NCBI GenBank assembly: GCA_965218585.1
Contig: CBDCLE010000024.1
Span: forward strand, 288,001-352,000
Origin: Terriglobia bacterium
Lineage (GTDB): Bacteria > Acidobacteriota > Terriglobia > 20CM-2-55-15
Reading direction: 5' to 3'
Length of the DNA: 64,000 nucleotides
Part shown: in pieces, positions 41,083 to 50,856 of the stretch
How positions within the stretch are numbered: the stretch's first letter is position 1
How the letters are laid out: each line of letters opens with the position of its first letter
The notes under the pieces: model-generated
The model's database searches: none
What the model was told of the DNA's origin: nothing
The model's input: the letters and a program-made list of their open reading frames with translations, nothing else
Made by a program: the position numbers and the translations under genes

Positions 41083-41901
41083 CTAATACCACTCGCGGAT
41101 TCGCACCTCGATGTCGCTCTCGCTGCCGAGAGCGTTCCGAAACACCTCGGGGTCCTGACCACGGAAGTGATAGGGATAGACGATTGAAGGTCTGAAGGCC
41201 TTCGCGCAGTCCGCCGCTTCCTCCGGCGTCATGGTGAAGGGCAGGTTCATCGGCAGAAAAGCGACGTCGATGTTCTCCAGCGCCTGTATTTCCGGGACAC
41301 ACTCGGTGTCTCCGGATACGAAAATCCGTCGTTCGCCCATCGTTACAACGTATCCCTGGCCCCGACCCATTGGGTGGTAGAGCCCTCCTTCTTCCGGCCC
41401 CCGAGTGAGGTTGTAAGCAGGCACGGCTTCGATTCCGATGATCGTGTCCGGAAGACGGATCGCGCTGTACTCTCCGTTTAAATACACGGTGGCGGTAGTG
41501 ATCGTGTTCCAGACCTCACGGGGCGCTATGGTGACCGCCCCCGGCTTTCTCACCGATTGAGCCGCGTCGGGATTCATGTGGTCGCCATGGATGTCGGTGA
41601 TCAGGACAATATCCGCTCTGCGGTCCTGCATTTCGGAAAAATCACCCACAGGATCCACGTAAACTCTTCTCCCGTTCAATTCCAGCATCAGGCTTGCGTG
41701 CCCGATCGGGGTGATCGTCACGTCGCCTTCCGTGCTTTCGATGACGTCGGATACTGTGGGATTGTGCGGTGGCGCGGCTTGGCCACCACGACCGCGCTGG
41801 GCGGCGGATAGTTCGCTGCAGGGAATCCAGATGAGCAGAGCGCCATCCAGCAGGACGAGGCCCAGGCTGAACAATCGATTCTTTCCCAGGACGTCTTTCA
41901 T
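41083..41901 (-). CDS. MBL-fold metallo-hydrolase (UPF0173-like)
   Basis: GHASL, VDP, ITDIHGDH, AVPAYN, HPMGRGQGY, SGDTE, PMNLPFTM, YPYH. Confidence 0.88.
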   Translation of the reverse strand: MKDVLGKNRLFSLGLVLLDGALLIWIPCSELSAAQRGRGGQAAPPHNPTVSDVIESTEGDVTITPIGHASLMLELNGRRVYVDPVGDFSEMQDRRADIVLITDIHGDHMNPDAAQSVRKPGAVTIAPREVWNTITTATVYLNGEYSAIRLPDTIIGIEAVPAYNLTRGPEEGGLYHPMGRGQGYVVTMGERRIFVSGDTECVPEIQALENIDVAFLPMNLPFTMTPEEAADCAKAFRPSIVYPYHFRGQDPEVFRNALGSESDIEVRIREWY

Positions 41902-42179
41902 GGTGTATCCCCTCTATTGGTCCAAATGAGCGGTTCGATAACTAGGTAACTTCCTGTAGCTATTCCATATATTTGGGAAAAGCATTGCAACGGGCCCCCG
42001 ATGGAGGGCTAGAGTTCACCGTTTACCGCACCGTGGCGGAGCAGTCAATGAAAAACCCTTTGAGCCCCCCCATAGAGTTGAACTTCGGAGTTTTTCCGAC
42101 CTTTCGAGCCCTTTCGGTTTCTCGGCCGAGTTCAGAGGCGATGTTGATCCGGGGTTGGATCCCGTCGCGCCTGCGCGGG

Positions 42180-42548
42180 TCATTCACCAGGAAGGAGCGT
42201 CAGCTCTGATCCAGAACACTGATTCCCCAAATACATCCCGTGCGCTTCGGGATTCCTCGCTGGACAACCGACAGCGGTTATGGCCCGTCCTTCTTCCCAC
42301 CCGGCCGCATTCGACATCTCGACACGGTTGCCCCCATAAATAGTCCAGACAACCGTTTCTCCATCCGGCTCGGTGACTTCAACCAGCATGTAGGAGTGGG
42401 GATTCACCAACCTCAGGTCCACCACTACCCCGGTGACTTCCTCGGTGCGATCCAGAAAATAGAACGTCGCCTGCGAGTGGTGCGCCTCGAGGGGAAGGGT
42501 GAGGATCAAGAAGATGCCCATCATAAGGACTGAAATTCCAACTTTCAT
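42180..42548 (-). CDS. DUF6152-like small secreted protein, mature N-terminus HHS (copy 2)
   Basis: Signal peptide ending LEA, then HHSQATFY...LVNPHSYM...G.PAR. Confidence 0.8.
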   Translation of the reverse strand: MKVGISVLMMGIFLILTLPLEAHHSQATFYFLDRTEEVTGVVVDLRLVNPHSYMLVEVTEPDGETVVWTIYGGNRVEMSNAAGWEEGRAITAVGCPARNPEAHGMYLGNQCSGSELTLLPGE

Positions 42549-42589
42549 TTCTCTATTCTCCTTAAGCATGATTCCAAAATTGTCTTCGC

Positions 42590-43396
42590 CTATTCATCGC
42601 TGTGTTTCGGCGGAAGCATCGTCAGCGGTGCTGCCGCAGAGGTGGGATCGCAATCCACAATCCAATTGATCTCCCGGTCGGTCCGCTCGTATTCGAGGGT
42701 TTCTGTATAAGGCCGTGTGAGGAAAACAGGATCCTCAACGGTCAGGACCAATCTTAGACGGTCGGGTCCGACGAGCGAATAACGTTCTGTGACGTGCTTG
42801 GCCCAGGAAGAGGGGACCTGCGACTGATAGTCCATTCCGTTGGGATCAAAGGTAAAGTTACGCGTCTCGATGACGAATTCGTCCTCCTCGTAGCGCCCGA
42901 TCGAATGGCCGTAGAAGCCGACGTCGCCCGGCGGTGGGAACCCCCGGCCATCTGTCCAGATCGTCCGGGCGACCGTATAGGCCATGCTTCCTTCGTTTTC
43001 CCAGATGACGCGGTCACCTCGCTGAACGAGCCGTATGGGGTTCATCCACCCGAAAGTGCTTGGAATGGATTCGGGTATGCAATAGAACTTGCCCTCGACA
43101 GGTTCGTCCTGGAATGCCAGCCACGCGCGCGTCCGTGCGTTGATATGATCGGACCAGTCGAACCTGCAACCGCGACGGGGCAACTGACGTACGTCTTCCT
43201 CGATGATGAAGAAGGGCCCGCACGCCGGCGGATTGGACCGGCTCACCCGATCCCAGGTCCCGCTGATGTCTGGTATTTCGCCGTTCTGGGCCTCGGACCG
43301 GGCCGAAAGGTTCGTCGCGCCCACCAGGACGGCAAGCGCCATGAAGAAACTCGTGATCACAGTTTTCCGTCGCCTGTCTTTAGATCTGCTTGTCAT
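42590..43396 (-). CDS. Secreted DxxGxW large-partner protein (copy 3)
   Basis: PDISGTW, YCIPES, RTIWTDGR, YGHSIGRY, TERYSL, VEDPVFLTRPY, DCDP. Confidence 0.82.
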   Translation of the reverse strand: MTSRSKDRRRKTVITSFFMALAVLVGATNLSARSEAQNGEIPDISGTWDRVSRSNPPACGPFFIIEEDVRQLPRRGCRFDWSDHINARTRAWLAFQDEPVEGKFYCIPESIPSTFGWMNPIRLVQRGDRVIWENEGSMAYTVARTIWTDGRGFPPPGDVGFYGHSIGRYEEDEFVIETRNFTFDPNGMDYQSQVPSSWAKHVTERYSLVGPDRLRLVLTVEDPVFLTRPYTETLEYERTDREINWIVDCDPTSAAAPLTMLPPKHSDE

Positions 43397-43433
43397 CTTT
43401 TAACTACCTCGACACTCCATCGCGAAGTTGCGA

Positions 43434-44237
43434 TTATTCGTCTGAATATTTCGGCAGCAGCATCAATAGCGGTGCTCCTGCGGACACTGGATCGCAGTCG
43501 GTAATCCACTGGATCTCCCGATCCGTGCGGTCATATTCGAACGTTTCTGTATAGGGACGGGTCAGAAACACGGGGTCTTCGACGGTCAAGACCATGCGCA
43601 GGCGGTTGGGGCCTATGAGCGAATAACGTTCGGTGATGCGTTTGGCCCAGGAGGAGGGCACCTGCGACTGATAATCCATTCCGTTGGGATCAAAGGTGAA
43701 ATTCTGCGTTTCGACGACCAATTCATCGCCTTCATACCGCCCGATCGAATGCCCATAGTAGGCCACGTCGCCGGGGGGAGGGAGGGGGCGTCCATCTGTC
43801 CAGAAAGTACGGACGACGGTCGCCGCCATGCTCGCCGAAGATTCGGTGACGACGCGGTCACCTCGTTGCGATATCCGTACGACTCCTCGCGCCAGCGTAC
43901 TCGGGATGGATTCCGGAATACAGTAGAACTTACCTTCGACGGGTTCGTCCTGAAACGCCAGCCACGCGCGAGTCCGCGCGTTGATATGATCGGACCAGTC
44001 GAATCTGCAGCCACGGCGGGGCAAACCTCGCTCGTCTTCTTCGATGATGAAGAAGGGGCCGCACGCGGGCGGTCGGGTGCGCTCTACGCCCTGCCAGTTG
44101 CCGCTGATATCCGGCAGGTCCCCTGCTTCGGCCGGTGACTGGGCCCTGAGCCCTACCGCACCCACAATCATCGAGACGCCGACCAGAGCAGCCGTAGCGA
44201 TTGTGTTCCAAGCGCCGAGATGAGATGAACGCGTCAT
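43434..44237 (-). CDS. Secreted DxxGxW large-partner protein (copy 4), tandem duplicate of 42590-43396
   Basis: PDISGNW, with long stretches identical to the neighbour (RGCRFDWSDHINARTRAWLAFQDEPVEGKFYCIPESIPST). Confidence 0.82.
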   Translation of the reverse strand: MTRSSHLGAWNTIATAALVGVSMIVGAVGLRAQSPAEAGDLPDISGNWQGVERTRPPACGPFFIIEEDERGLPRRGCRFDWSDHINARTRAWLAFQDEPVEGKFYCIPESIPSTLARGVVRISQRGDRVVTESSASMAATVVRTFWTDGRPLPPPGDVAYYGHSIGRYEGDELVVETQNFTFDPNGMDYQSQVPSSWAKRITERYSLIGPNRLRMVLTVEDPVFLTRPYTETFEYDRTDREIQWITDCDPVSAGAPLLMLLPKYSDE

Positions 44238-44501
44238 TTCTGTCCTTCCTCCTGTCACAAGCGCACTCCGCGCTGCACACGTCTCGCTCTTCCCAGAGCC
44301 GACCCGATCTCGTCGTGGTCGAACTGTTTACCGGATTGCTTCGTTACCAATACATCCCAAAAAGAATTCGTACGATTGGAGCAAATCTAACTACAGATTG
44401 GAGTTGTACGCAAGAAAAGTCTCCGATTCCCCTCAACCCGGGCCGGAGCTTTATCGACGATCCGGGGTAACGCGTTGTTCAATTACGCGCTCCCGGAATA
44501 A

Positions 44502-46850
44502 TCAGAAGCGCAGTTTCGTCTGAACGGTGAACTGGCGGCCCGGACCCAGTGCCGTTCCCGAAAAAACGCCGCTGAAGTTGATCACGTTGAGGTGATCGGT
44601 CGCGTTGCGCAGGTCGAACTGAACCGATACCGACCGGTCCTGCTGCTCCCACAAGAGCAGCCCCAGAGAAACATCGACGCTGAACACCGAGCGGAGCCGC
44701 CCCCAATCGAAATCAACCCGGTCGAGGATCGCCTGCGAGATCTGTTGTGTGTCGGCGTCGGGTTTGCTCCCGTCATCTTCACCCCCATCATCGTCCTCGA
44801 GTTCCACGGGCAACCCGCTGCCGTAACGGACTCCACTGGAAAACCAGAACCGTCCCTCCGGCTGGACACGGAATAACGCCGACACAGTGTTACGCTGATC
44901 CTGACTGATTGAGAAACGTTCCCCGGGGAGTCGTAATTCGTCGGCTTCGCCGCCTTCGATAAATAGTCCTCCCGTAACCGGTGAGGTCGCGTGCCCGATC
45001 ATGTTCGAGTAGCTAGCCGATGAAGACAGCCAACGCCAGGAGGGCAGATCGAGGCGCACCTCGGTGCCTGTAACACGGGCCGTGTTGAAACTGATAGGGA
45101 ACGATAAACCCGTGTTCAGAAAGACGTCGTCGTCCACATAATTCCGGAATGTCCGCCAGTACTGACTGATGTCCAGGCGCACCGCATCGAAGAATGGTTT
45201 GCCGAGGCCGACTTCAAAGAAATGACCGCGTGAGGCAGGAACGGCGACCGATTCGGAGACTTCGTCCAGTCCCAGCTCTCCTGCCGCACTGCTGAACAGG
45301 AGATTCTCAGTCGGCGGAGGTTGAAAGATGCGGTCATATGCCGCCCGTAATTGTATGTCCACCGCCGGAATCCAATAGCTGACGGCAACCCGCGGACTGA
45401 CGGCGTCATCATTGATCAGGAAATCATAGTGGTCATAACGGAGTCCGATGTTTGCCGCAAAGTTTCCTAAGCGCACCTGGTCCCGGACGAAAAGGGAAAA
45501 TTCCTGACTCTGCTTCTCGCCCTGAAAGTCTACATCGAAGCCCGGATGAGCTTCGGTTTCGCCGAAGCGGAATGCCTCTCGTATATCGCTGATTCGAACA
45601 TCTCCACCAAATTTCAGCGTATGACGCTCGTCCTCGAAGGTGAGGTCTGCTATCAGCGTCGACTCCCGGAAACCTCGATCCTGTTCGACGCGTACGGGTG
45701 TCGCCTGCGGATTGCTCCAGAGCCGGGCCGAGAGATCGCGATGCATGAATCGAACGGTTCCCAGGACATTGGTTGAAACAACTCGCTGGTAGTTCACCCC
45801 CAAGGCGGTCTCGCCGGAAAACCTGTCTTGTCGTTGGCCCGCTTCTTGCTGGGTGAGGTCGTTCGGGACCAGGAACCGGCTTTCACCAGTCCGCACATAG
45901 AACGAAATCCGATCCTGGGGAGTCAAATCGTGGTCAATCCGAAGATCAAAACCGCCCGTCGTCGCCTTGTTCGTGAAGTTTTCCCTCGACGGAGGGTCCA
46001 AGTAACGGTCGGTCGAACCACCCCGACTACCAAGAGAAATCGACGTGTTGTCGGTCCCAACCTGGTATCGAATGGATCCGGCGCGGTTGTCGAAGCTGCC
46101 GAGCTGGGTGTCGATCTCGATTCCGTGGCCGGGCGTGCCGACTCTACGGGTGTCGAGAGCTATGACACCACCGAGACGTCGACCATATTCGGCCGGGAGA
46201 CCACTGGTCATGACGTTAACGGCCTCAAATTCGGCCGTCTCGAAACCAGGAGCGAAGCCGATCGACCGGTTGTCATAGACGGGCATCCCGTCCACGACGT
46301 ACTGGGTGTCGTATTCCGATCCTCGAGGATGAAGGACCGCGTTAGCTTCTACCAGCCAGCCCGGTAGAGTCGTGACGACATCCACCGCGCTGCGGCCGAG
46401 GGTTGTCCCTGCAATCCTCTCGAGCTCGGTGCGGCCGATCTGCATCACTGCCGCGGGCTGAGCGATGTCCAGGAGAGGGGCCGTATCGGTCACCGTAATG
46501 GCAGTCGAGGTCCCTGCTACTTCCAGTGAGACAGTAATGTTGCGGGGAATGGCCGTCCGGATTTCAATCGTAGTGCCGAACTCTCGAAATCCGATTCGGC
46601 CGACCGTGAGGCGATACGTTCCCGGCCGCAGCCGTAGCATGCGCGCCAGCCCCTCCGGGCCTGTCTCGGCTCTGGCTTCGAATCGGGGATTCCGGCCTGC
46701 CAATTCGACATCCGCGAGAGGGAGGGCCAGCCCCTCGGAGTCGGTGACCAGAACGCGGATTTCTCCTTCCATAACCTGGGCCTGTGCGAGACCTGTTCCG
46801 AACAGAACGATAGAGAGCAATCGGATCCAAGTGCCGAGTTCTTTCATCAC
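44502..46850 (-). CDS. TonB-dependent receptor with an N-terminal carboxypeptidase-regulatory-like domain
   Basis: Signal peptide, PGTYRLTV, plug motif RG...YVVDGMPV, GLRYD, SPR, and a C-terminal GPGRQFTVQTKLRF. Confidence 0.88.
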   Translation of the reverse strand: MMKELGTWIRLLSIVLFGTGLAQAQVMEGEIRVLVTDSEGLALPLADVELAGRNPRFEARAETGPEGLARMLRLRPGTYRLTVGRIGFREFGTTIEIRTAIPRNITVSLEVAGTSTAITVTDTAPLLDIAQPAAVMQIGRTELERIAGTTLGRSAVDVVTTLPGWLVEANAVLHPRGSEYDTQYVVDGMPVYDNRSIGFAPGFETAEFEAVNVMTSGLPAEYGRRLGGVIALDTRRVGTPGHGIEIDTQLGSFDNRAGSIRYQVGTDNTSISLGSRGGSTDRYLDPPSRENFTNKATTGGFDLRIDHDLTPQDRISFYVRTGESRFLVPNDLTQQEAGQRQDRFSGETALGVNYQRVVSTNVLGTVRFMHRDLSARLWSNPQATPVRVEQDRGFRESTLIADLTFEDERHTLKFGGDVRISDIREAFRFGETEAHPGFDVDFQGEKQSQEFSLFVRDQVRLGNFAANIGLRYDHYDFLINDDAVSPRVAVSYWIPAVDIQLRAAYDRIFQPPPTENLLFSSAAGELGLDEVSESVAVPASRGHFFEVGLGKPFFDAVRLDISQYWRTFRNYVDDDVFLNTGLSFPISFNTARVTGTEVRLDLPSWRWLSSSASYSNMIGHATSPVTGGLFIEGGEADELRLPGERFSISQDQRNTVSALFRVQPEGRFWFSSGVRYGSGLPVELEDDDGGEDDGSKPDADTQQISQAILDRVDFDWGRLRSVFSVDVSLGLLLWEQQDRSVSVQFDLRNATDHLNVINFSGVFSGTALGPGRQFTVQTKLRF

Positions 46851-46989
46851 GGTTGCCGTTTTTTTTCGATTCGTCTCAATTGCTTGCTGTCGAGGTGTTC
46901 CATCTGAGTTTGGGGATGACGTGTCCTCGAACGTCGAATTTCTTCTCTTCCCAATATCCTATCAGTTGGGAAGAGCTGCGTATTCTCGT

Positions 46990-47285
46990 TTAGGAGCCGG
47001 CTGAAAGAAAGAAAATTAGCTTTCGTGTTGAATCGGCTGAGTGAGAACTTCGGACACTCGATTCAAACAGTTCGGACGGGGTGAACGGTTTTTGAAGGAG
47101 TTCTGATGGGGGTATCTGGTGGATGGAATCGTCTGCATAGCCCGACATGAAAGCGACTCTCGTGGTTGGATTTTTCCGGACCCACTCGCTCGTGAACTCG
47201 GGCCCGTTCATGCCGGGCATTATGATGTCGCTTAGAATCAGGTCCACGGATCTTTCCGAGTACAGGGCCAACGCCTGCGCCGGTA
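46990..47285 (-). pseudogene. N-terminally truncated response-regulator receiver domain
   Basis: ALAL...VDLILSDIIMPGMNG...FMSGY...LQKPF is present; the first strand and acidic pair are missing and there is no good start. Confidence 0.65.
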
Positions 47286-47328
47286 AAGTGGACACGCCTT
47301 GAGTCAATCGAAGGATGGACAAGAAGGG

Positions 47329-48285
47329 CTATCCCTTCTTGATCGTATCTCCAGTCTGTACACCCCTGTAGAGCAAGGATTCTTCCATGCCGGCTTCCAG
47401 GCACCGCTCAGCGAAGTTTTTCGGTGTCTGAGAAAATTCCTCCCCGACCCAGTCGTCATCCACGATATCGGAGTCGAAGTCGTACTCGGCGCCTCCGCCC
47501 GACGGATTGAGGAAATACCAGAAGTAGCAGGAGGAAATCGGATGGCGTCCAGGCCCCAGCATCGTTTTCCAACCCCTGCGGGTCATGTTCAGACCCCCGC
47601 CGAACAGCTCGTGAATGTTGGCGACCTCGAAGGCGAGGTGATGGAATCCCAGCTTTTCGCCCCTGCCTTCAGGGTTGAGCAGGAACAGATTGTGGTGGCT
47701 CTTAGATGCGCCGCCCCGGAGGAAGTAGGCGACTCCCGGATAGCTGTCGCTGACCTTGAATCCCAGGCGATTCACGTAGAAATCGAGTTCGACTTCCGTG
47801 TCGGTCACCATGAAGACAACGTGCGTCATCTCCATAGGTTGAGCGGATTTGTAGAATTTCGCGCGACGGTTCAGTCGCCCCACACGGCCCGGCATGTTGA
47901 ATTCCGGATCCGGCGCCCTCACCTGGCGGCAACGCGACACGCGGAAACCGAGTCCAAACCCCAGGGGATCGATTGTGTGGATCGTGCCGTCGTTGTCTCG
48001 TGTAACGGTCCGATCCCGTGATAACTCTTCTTCCAGAGCCTCTAGATCATCCGCGGAGCGGACTCCAAACACAGATTCCCGGACTGTCGGACCCGGTTCG
48101 ATCGCGACCGGTAATTCGGTGTCGCCTTCGAGGCGTACTTCTACAGTAGATTCATCCTGGGCAGCGAACAGCAATCGCGAAGTGTCTTCGTCTCGGAGCG
48201 AAAGACCAAAATCCTCCCAGAACTTTCCAGCCCTCGACAGGTCGTCGACACCATAGGTCACTCGATCGAGAGTCGTCACATTCAT
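47329..48285 (-). CDS. VOC family protein (extradiol dioxygenase/glyoxalase-like)
   Basis: Two VOC modules; THVVF, HHNL, HHLAFEV, GPGRHPISSCYFWYF.NPSGGGAEY. Confidence 0.85.
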   Translation of the reverse strand: MNVTTLDRVTYGVDDLSRAGKFWEDFGLSLRDEDTSRLLFAAQDESTVEVRLEGDTELPVAIEPGPTVRESVFGVRSADDLEALEEELSRDRTVTRDNDGTIHTIDPLGFGLGFRVSRCRQVRAPDPEFNMPGRVGRLNRRAKFYKSAQPMEMTHVVFMVTDTEVELDFYVNRLGFKVSDSYPGVAYFLRGGASKSHHNLFLLNPEGRGEKLGFHHLAFEVANIHELFGGGLNMTRRGWKTMLGPGRHPISSCYFWYFLNPSGGGAEYDFDSDIVDDDWVGEEFSQTPKNFAERCLEAGMEESLLYRGVQTGDTIKKG

Positions 48286-48345
48286 GTTCTTTTGTTCCGT
48301 TGTAATGTTGGAATCTGGCAGGTTTCGACCGAGACGTTCAACGGT

Positions 48346-48393
48346 GCGGATCATGCAGGTTCCTTTAAAGCGGATCATGCAGGTTCCTTTAAA
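48346..48393. repeat. Exact 24-bp tandem duplication in a divergent promoter region
   Basis: GCGGATCATGCAGGTTCCTTTAAA x2. Confidence 0.9.
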
Positions 48394-48493
48394 TATGTAA
48401 TAAGGTACCTATGTTAGACCAGTTTGGCGTTCGGGGTCGGTGATTCAGGGTTGAGGGTGTCAGAATCGAAATATTCGGGAAAAAGAGAGCATT

Positions 48494-49483
48494 GTGCGCC
48501 GAGCGGCGAAAGTAATCGGGAAAGTAGTCGGAGTGATCCTGGTCGGGTTCGTCGTGTTCGCTTACCTGAACAACTCCTCGCGGAGAGCGGAACTGAGAAC
48601 AGGTCTCCCGACCGTGCTGTCCCATCGCGGCGTATCCCAACAGTTCGAAGGAGCCGGATTTTCACCCGGGAGTTGTGAAGCAGAGCGCATCGCTCGTCCG
48701 TCGCACGATTACATCGAAAACACGATCCGGTCCATGGAAGCTGCTTTTGGGCGGGGCGCCGATGTCGTTGAGTTCGACGCTCAGTTGACCCGCGATGGTC
48801 AGTGGGCGGTCTTTCATGACCGACGGCTGGAGTGCCGGACGAACGGAACCGGTCTGGTGGCCGAACACACGCTGGAAGAACTCCAGGCTCTTGATGTCGC
48901 CTACGGATACACAGCAGATGGCGGGAAGACCTATCCGTTTCGTGGTATCGGTGTTGGCCAGATGCCATCAATGGATGAGGTCTTCGAGTCATTTCCAGCA
49001 AAGTCGTTTCTGATAGACATCAAGGCAAACGATACCGGAGACGGTGTCCGTCTCGCCCGCCGTCTCGCCCAGTTGCCTTCCGAGAGGCGCAACACCTTGA
49101 CCATCTTCGGCAGGGAAGAGGTTCTGGTTCGGTTCAGGGCAGATCTGCCGGAAATTCCAGCGTTTTCACTTCAGTCTATCCAGGCATGCCTGGTCCCGTA
49201 TATCGCCTACGGTTGGACGGGCATCGTTCCCAGGGCGTGCCACGACGCGCCGGTTTACGTTCCAATTAACGTCGCACCCTTCTTGTGGGGATGGCCCAAC
49301 CTCTTCATGGACCGATTGGAAGCCGGGGGGAGCACGATTGTGACCGTCGGACCCTTCCCCGGCGGAATTTCACCGGGCGTGGATACACTCGAAGACCTGT
49401 CTCGGCTTCCGGACGACTATAACGGAGGTATCTGGACGAACGATGTTCGGTTGGTCCGGGATTCCATAGAGAGCGTTCAGTAA
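48494..49483 (+). CDS. Glycerophosphodiester phosphodiesterase family protein
   Basis: SHRG, ENT, GADVVEFD, FHD, IDIK, IWTN; N-terminal TM. Confidence 0.9.
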   Translation: MRRAAKVIGKVVGVILVGFVVFAYLNNSSRRAELRTGLPTVLSHRGVSQQFEGAGFSPGSCEAERIARPSHDYIENTIRSMEAAFGRGADVVEFDAQLTRDGQWAVFHDRRLECRTNGTGLVAEHTLEELQALDVAYGYTADGGKTYPFRGIGVGQMPSMDEVFESFPAKSFLIDIKANDTGDGVRLARRLAQLPSERRNTLTIFGREEVLVRFRADLPEIPAFSLQSIQACLVPYIAYGWTGIVPRACHDAPVYVPINVAPFLWGWPNLFMDRLEAGGSTIVTVGPFPGGISPGVDTLEDLSRLPDDYNGGIWTNDVRLVRDSIESVQ

Positions 49484-49505
49484 ACAGTAAAGACTCACGA
49501 AGCGT

Positions 49506-50426
49506 ATGAGCATCACCACTACGGCAAACATCGACGGCGTGATCACGCCGTTGGCCGAGGCCCGGATTCCGGTGACTGACAGGGGGTTCCTTTTCGGTGA
49601 CTCCGTCTATGAAGTTTTCCGGACATATTCCGGTGTCGGCTTTCTCTACGACGAGCACTGGGCCCGGCTTGGGAATTCGGCCCGGTTGATCCATATGGAG
49701 GTTGGGTACTCCGGCGAGGCTTTTCTCGAAGAGGTGCGGCGAACCATTGTTGCCAGCCGAGCACCAGAATCCAGGGAAGACGTGTACGTCCGATACATCG
49801 TCACCCGCGGCGACGGCCCGGTCGACCTGGTTCCACCCCCAGAGGTTCGGAGCCGCTTCGCTGTCATCGTGAAGGAAGCGCCCAGTTGGGACCCGAAGTT
49901 CTATTCCGAGGGCGTTACACTGGCCGTTCCCAGGGTGCGCCGGAACCCGTCGAACGCGCTGGATCCGAACATCAAGAGTGGAAATTATCTCAACAACGTA
50001 TTAGGGATTATCGAAGCCCGCGCCATGGACGCGGACGATTGTGTTCTTCTCAACGATCAGGGGCTGGCGACGGAATCCTCGACCAGCAATGTATTTTTCG
50101 TTGTCGGGGATCGCCTGGTGACGCCGTTCCAGAGGGCGGGAAACCTGATCGGCCTGACCAAGAAAACCCTGCTCGGACTCTGCCGCAACGAAGGAATTGA
50201 TGCAGCGGAAACGGCGATCGGGGTTGGAGATATGCGCGAGGCGTCCGAGTGCTTTCTCACAAGCTCGACCCGCGAAATCATGCCTGTTCGAAGCCTGCGC
50301 CTCCAGAGTAGCGAAGTGTTTGACTACCCGGCCGGGGGCGGACCTCTAACCCGAAAGACGATGGAGTTGTATAAAGCGTTCGTGGCCAGGTACGTTGCAG
50401 GACACGAATCGGAGCGGTTTTTTTGA
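49506..50426 (+). CDS. Class IV aminotransferase (branched-chain/D-amino acid type)
   Basis: DRGFLFGDSVYE, RLxxSA, IKSGNYLNN, E.STSN.F, ECFLTSSTREIMPV. Confidence 0.9.
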   Translation: MSITTTANIDGVITPLAEARIPVTDRGFLFGDSVYEVFRTYSGVGFLYDEHWARLGNSARLIHMEVGYSGEAFLEEVRRTIVASRAPESREDVYVRYIVTRGDGPVDLVPPPEVRSRFAVIVKEAPSWDPKFYSEGVTLAVPRVRRNPSNALDPNIKSGNYLNNVLGIIEARAMDADDCVLLNDQGLATESSTSNVFFVVGDRLVTPFQRAGNLIGLTKKTLLGLCRNEGIDAAETAIGVGDMREASECFLTSSTREIMPVRSLRLQSSEVFDYPAGGGPLTRKTMELYKAFVARYVAGHESERFF

Positions 50427-50431
50427 TTCTT

Positions 50432-50540
50432 CTGTAGGTGCGGGAGTTCATTAGCATGGGCCCCCCGTCCTTGGGCCGGTCCCCCCATGCTTGAGCGCCG
50501 GTTAATTTCGGGGCCGTGCCGTCATAGACCGCACCGACAG
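50432..50540. repeat. Degenerate GTAG-type REPIN
   Basis: CTGTAGGTGCGG ... GTCATAGACCGCACCGACAG between convergent genes. Confidence 0.6.
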
Positions 50541-50547
50541 GGAAGAG

Positions 50548-50814
50548 TTAAGAAATAGAATCTTCTGCCTTTGGCTCCGCTTCCTCCCGTCGCCGGTGCC
50601 GCCAGCCGATTCTTCGGCGTCTGCCCAAACCTCCAAAAAGAATCCTTGAAAGACCCAATAATCCCAGGGCTTGCCAATAGGTGATCTGGGGCAGGTCAAA
50701 GATGGCCGGCATCAACCAGTTCCACAGCGCCATGAGAGCGACGCTGTAGATCGCGATGGCGACGACCACGAAAAGGACAAACTTCGGGATGCGCCTGGGT
50801 GAATCCTCTTTCAT
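50548..50814 (-). CDS. Small membrane protein (LWNWLMP family)
   Basis: LWNWLMPAIFDLPQITYWQALGLLGLSRILFGG followed by an Arg-rich tail. Confidence 0.75.
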   Translation of the reverse strand: MKEDSPRRIPKFVLFVVVAIAIYSVALMALWNWLMPAIFDLPQITYWQALGLLGLSRILFGGLGRRRRIGWRHRRREEAEPKAEDSIS

Positions 50815-50856
50815 TCCCGCATCGGGCCGAGGTGCCAAGGGAAAGGGGGTCGGTCT

